A DNA stretch of 63,308 nt, filler included, from Reticulomyxa filosa (Eukaryota; Protista; Foraminifera), in assembly GCA_000512085.1 (NCBI GenBank). It is 17 parts of 17 records of this genome, joined end to end, with 100 filler letters (N's around TTAATTAATTAA, not from the genome) between each part and the next. Parts side by side here need not be neighbours in the genome. Positions count along the whole stretch, not along the records: positions 55,680 to 61,944 come from ASPP01016235.1; positions 62,045 to 63,308 come from ASPP01027681.1; 15 more parts are not named here. The stretch is one strand, 5' to 3'. The notes under the pieces are model-generated. The model was not told the DNA's origin. It saw only the letters and a program-made list of their open reading frames with translations, and searched no databases. The translations under genes and the position numbers were made by a program. Each line of letters starts with the position of its first letter. Within the stretch, counting starts at the first letter, position 1. This document shows positions 59,225-63,308 of the stretch, piece by piece.

Positions 59225-60017
59225 TACGTATTTAGTCTAAATAATAAGTCGAAACAAAATTAATTTAGAATGTCCTAAACAAGTGCTTTGTAATTGACTT
59301 AATATCTTCTTTTCACCTACAATTTTCTATTAAAATATCAACACAAATAATAAGTTTTCAACAGAACATACTTATATATAGTTCATTTTTAGAAATTTTT
59401 AAAAATAAATCGCTTTCAAAAAAACCTTAAACAACAGATTTTTAGTTCACTTTTTGCCAACAAAAAGAATTTTGTTGTAGAAAGCTATATTACATAATTT
59501 GTAAGACTATCTCTTTTAAATTTAATCAAAAAGAAAGTTAAAATTTTTCACAATTTGTTTCACAATGCTTATTCATAAAGAATTAGAACTATAATCCTTA
59601 CTAAAAGTTTTTGCAACAACTTTTTCTGTGAAAAATCAGCATTAATGTCAAAAAGTATCCTATAACCAAAGGATCGCATTCAATATAATCTTCTAGATTA
59701 CTAGATTTTAGGATTAATGAAATGTTCGACAAAAATTACAACAATACAAAACGCACTCGTTTGGTAAGTATGAGTAAATAGTAGTGTTCATTTTTCCCGC
59801 TGAACGCCTTTTTAGGATGAGTTGTACCGAACCAACAAAAGGGAAAAAAAAGAACAAGTGAACTGAATTTGACGTTTGAAGCGAGAAAAACGCATACCCA
59901 AATGGAACCAATATCTTGAAACTGATCAAAAAAAGGGCTCAAGTGAAAAAGAGAAAATACAACCCATTATCACAACAATTGGGAAAATAAACAAAAAATT
60001 GATTAAACACACATTAA

Positions 60018-61944
60018 TTACACTTGAGTATTGATTTGGTAACCTTGAATTTCTGCTTGCTGTACACGTAAATCAATGTGTGCTCTCAACATATCATTGA
60101 TTTGCTTACCCTATTGTGTGGTTCATTGTAATAGCACATAGTATTTATGTTGTACACGATGAACAAAAGACATATCAAAAGAAGAGAAAGCATATATAAT
60201 ATGAGTGAAATATTTACCAGCATGGTTGCAAATTGATATTTCTTTTGTGTCATCAAAGTACCAGCGACAAACAAAAAGGCATTGGAACGGAATCCATATG
60301 TTAAAATTTCTTCCATTTTATATTTTTCTATTATTTTGTTGTTATAAGGGTCAACAAAGATGACACCGTTTTCACTGATTCCTAAAACGAGATCGTCTTG
60401 TTCTTGTGATTTGGTTTTTTTTAATCGAGACACACGAACAGCACGGAAAAAGCAATTTCCAAAGTATTGCGGTGAAGCCTCTTTGCGCAACAGCTCTAAA
60501 TATTTTCTATATGCATCAGGCTTATCCAAATGCTTATGTGCAGTGTGTAATTTCAACACTTTGCTTTCGGCTTCTTCAGGACGATACTTTCGTAAGTAAG
60601 TATAGGGTATATAATTTTCGACTTCCGCATTCATGACACCGGTGATATAAAAGTTGTCATCTTTCAACCCGTGGTTGGCTTGCAATTGAATCGCTGCCAA
60701 CTGGAACGCATGCTCTTCACTCAATGGATACAACCCGTGCAACACATGCCATGCAGCCGTCACAAAAGCCACTTTCCATTCTTGACGGGAATATGAAGTT
60801 TCTTGTGCCTTTGAAAATAGCTTGCATTTGTAAACAAATGCCACTTTGCGATCTTTTTTTTTTTTACTGCGTTTCCACGATGACACAACATCCATTATAC
60901 GTTCACTCATTTCCAATTCTCGATCCATTGGCACTATATGGTTATGTATATTGTATAAATATTATATACATACATACATATATATATGTATATATAGCGT
61001 CATTAATATTAATATTGTTCATGTCGATTGCAACACAAAACTGTTTTGTAAATCGTCAATCTTTTGTTCTCGCTCCATTTTGTCTCTTTTTTCGTAAATT
61101 TCTTTATCCCATCCAGGCCTTGGCTGTTCACATTCAAACAGACCAAATGATTCTGGATGTTTCATTCGATAAGTGTCCGCCATTGCCTTTTGGACTTGCG
61201 ACGCTCTTGTCTGGGAGGTGACTAACAGCGTTCGATGGGAATTGTCCAAAAATTGGACTTTGATACTGATTGGACCACGCACTTCAATACGTTTTATTTC
61301 ATCCGGCATTGGCTGTATACGACGCTGTGTGGCTTCCATTGTTCGATCCAAGGCCTTCAATGCAAATGTCGCGGCTTCACCGACATTTCCTGCTTCTTTG
61401 GTTTGTTGGTACAAATAGCATGCCAAATAGTTGGCAAACTCATCGCTGGGTGGGAAGATGCTTGCGCAAATGCACATCAGTTTCCACGATTGCTGTAATG
61501 ACTCCCTATTATTGTTATTGTTATTATTATTATTATTACACAATTAATTATTGGCTTACAAGTTTATTTATTATTCGTCAGAGTCGACAACACTTAACGC
61601 TTTAGGATTCTTTGTTGTCATTTTCACCAATTGACAAAAGATTTCATCTCTCAATTCTTCCGGTGCTTTCAAGGCAAATCGTAACAATTTGTCCGCATGT
61701 TCATCGGTTTTCGTCTTTCGAATCAAACATACACATTACACATTATTTCTTTCATACAATATATCTGTCTGTATATACACATATACATATATATAAAACA
61801 AATAATAACTTTGGAAGATTTGCGATTTTTTGTGTAACTATTAATATTTTTCCATGTTTGTCTCGCCTGCTGGTTTAACTTTGAATCCAATTTTCTCAAG
61901 GCATCCATTTTGTGCTGTTGATACAAAAGCAAATACATATAAAA
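60018..61944 (-). CDS. MyTH4-FERM domain protein (unconventional myosin/KCBP-type tail), 3' part, multi-exon
   Basis: MyTH4: LRDEIFCQLVKMTTKNP, SWKLMCICASIFPPS. FERM: IKVQFLDNS...FGLFE, AFQLAAIQLQ, YFGNCFF, LVLGISENGV. The last exon GKQINDML...NTQV* ends at 60018. No motor domain is in the contig. Confidence 0.88.
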
Positions 61945-62299
61945 NNNNNNNNNNNNNNNNNNNNNNNNNNNNNNNNNNNNNNNNNNNNTTAATTAATTAA
62001 NNNNNNNNNNNNNNNNNNNNNNNNNNNNNNNNNNNNNNNNNNNNAAAAAAAAAAAAAAAAAAAAAAAAAATATATATATATGTATATACATTTATATAAA
62101 TATATTGATGTATCCATATTGGAAAGCTAACATGTTAGATGTGCCGATTGTAGGATTGAGTCTATTGCAAATGGTGGCGATGGAAGTATTTGGAGAAACA
62201 AAGGTGCAAACACTAAAAAAATTTTTGTTTTGTTTTGAAAAAAAAAAGAGAATAGAAATGTCAATATAGGATTTATTGAAAAGATAATCTCATTTGATG

Positions 62300-63090
62300 A
62301 CTGAATGAAAAAAAAAGATACTTTGAATGCAAACCGTGACAATAATGAAAATGCGCGCGTGCACAGAAGTGTCGAGCGACAAACAGCCCGAAACAATCTC
62401 AAAAGACCTGGAAATAAAAACCTTCTGCCGAATTTCAGCCAATGGATAGATCGAGCGTGTGATCATTATCCGATGACAAAAATGTGCAAGACGACGAGTT
62501 TGAACTGAATCGTCAGTTTACCGTCATCAGCAAAGATTGAGAAAAAGTTAAATCAGAACTAGTTGTTGATGTGGGCAGCATTAGCATTATCGCGTTGAAG
62601 AAGGAGTTGAGATCTTATTATTTTTTTTATTTTTTATTTTTTTGGGAACACATTATTTTGTAAGAACATTTTAAATTGAAACTGTTTTGAATGTTAGATT
62701 GTCAGATACTCTGACTTTGGCAAAGGTGAAAAGTTTATCGGCGTGGAATCGATTTGGATAAAGCACTTGCTCAAGGCCATGATGGCAAAGACATGGCCAC
62801 GAAAGACACTTACAAAGCTCTCACAATTGTCCAAACTGAACTTGTATACAGCGATGCAATCCAATCGCGAGTTTGTGGCTGTGAACAAGTTGGATCGCGT
62901 CCACGTGCAAGATGGTCGCATTAGCATCGTCCACTACATGGGGACTTTGATCGAATTGCGAGAGATAGAGAGAGAGAGTACTAACAAAGACTATCTTGGA
63001 TGCTTTGATCTTGCTCAAACCAAACAAAAATGATTAGCGTTAAAGCATTTGAAGGACATGAAAAAAGTCGAGTTGTTCCATCAATTATTG
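62300..63090 (+). pseudogene. Second decayed CAP-Gly-repeat-like relic
   Basis: DFGKGEKFIGVE, then (shifted frame) AQGHDGK, and LDRVHVQDGRISIVHYMG resemble CAP-Gly segments. Frames are broken. Confidence 0.4.
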
Positions 63091-63308
63091 GAAAATAAAA
63101 AAAAAGTTATTCATATTTTTTCTCCTGCAAACTACTGTAATCGAAATATAGTTTGATGATACAGATTAATATCATGGCTACTTTCGTCATACCTTTGATC
63201 TTTTTTCCTTGATGCAATACTCTAACATCTTGTTTAAAATATCTTTTTATTGCATACATTCTTTTCTGTTATACGTTATTCTCATTGTCATCTACTCCTA
63301 CATGACGA

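Noticed and set aside
1-63308. tRNA or rRNA genes, or an alternative genetic code explaining the many stops
   Set aside because: No cloverleaf or rRNA-like sequence was noticed by eye. Conserved genes (PCYT2, kinase, NLR) read cleanly in the standard code, and the broken regions also contain frameshifts.

Overview
This is AT-rich eukaryotic DNA, not prokaryotic. It has short GT-AG introns with poly-A/T and (TA)n tracts and many decayed gene relics. Intron style and gene families suggest a foraminiferan such as Reticulomyxa filosa (inference only). The window is not one locus: 17 contig pieces are joined by 16 artificial 100-bp linkers (44 N + TTAATTAATTAA + 44 N), so adjacency across linkers is meaningless. 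Recognisable genes: ethanolamine-phosphate cytidylyltransferase, a vWA protein, an NT-C2 protein, two Ser/Thr kinases, a C2H2 zinc-finger protein, a MyTH4-FERM protein, a PSI-like secreted protein, a GT77-like glycosyltransferase fragment and a RanBP2-ZnF/SPRY-like protein. Mobile and repeated DNA: a decayed Tc1 transposon, a foldback MITE family, hairpin-containing tandem repeats and multi-CAP-Gly relics. The standout is 47000-52582(-), an intact NLR-like STAND protein (NACHT + pentapeptide + 16 WD40) whose N-terminal region carries a RelA/SpoT-type nucleotidyltransferase domain. It is a candidate eukaryotic receptor that makes a nucleotide signal or toxin on activation. Two other defence-type genes lie on unlinked contigs: an R-S-E-class ADP-ribosyltransferase-like protein and an RNF213/mysterin-like fragment. 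All domain calls come from motif recognition by eye; no database search was run.
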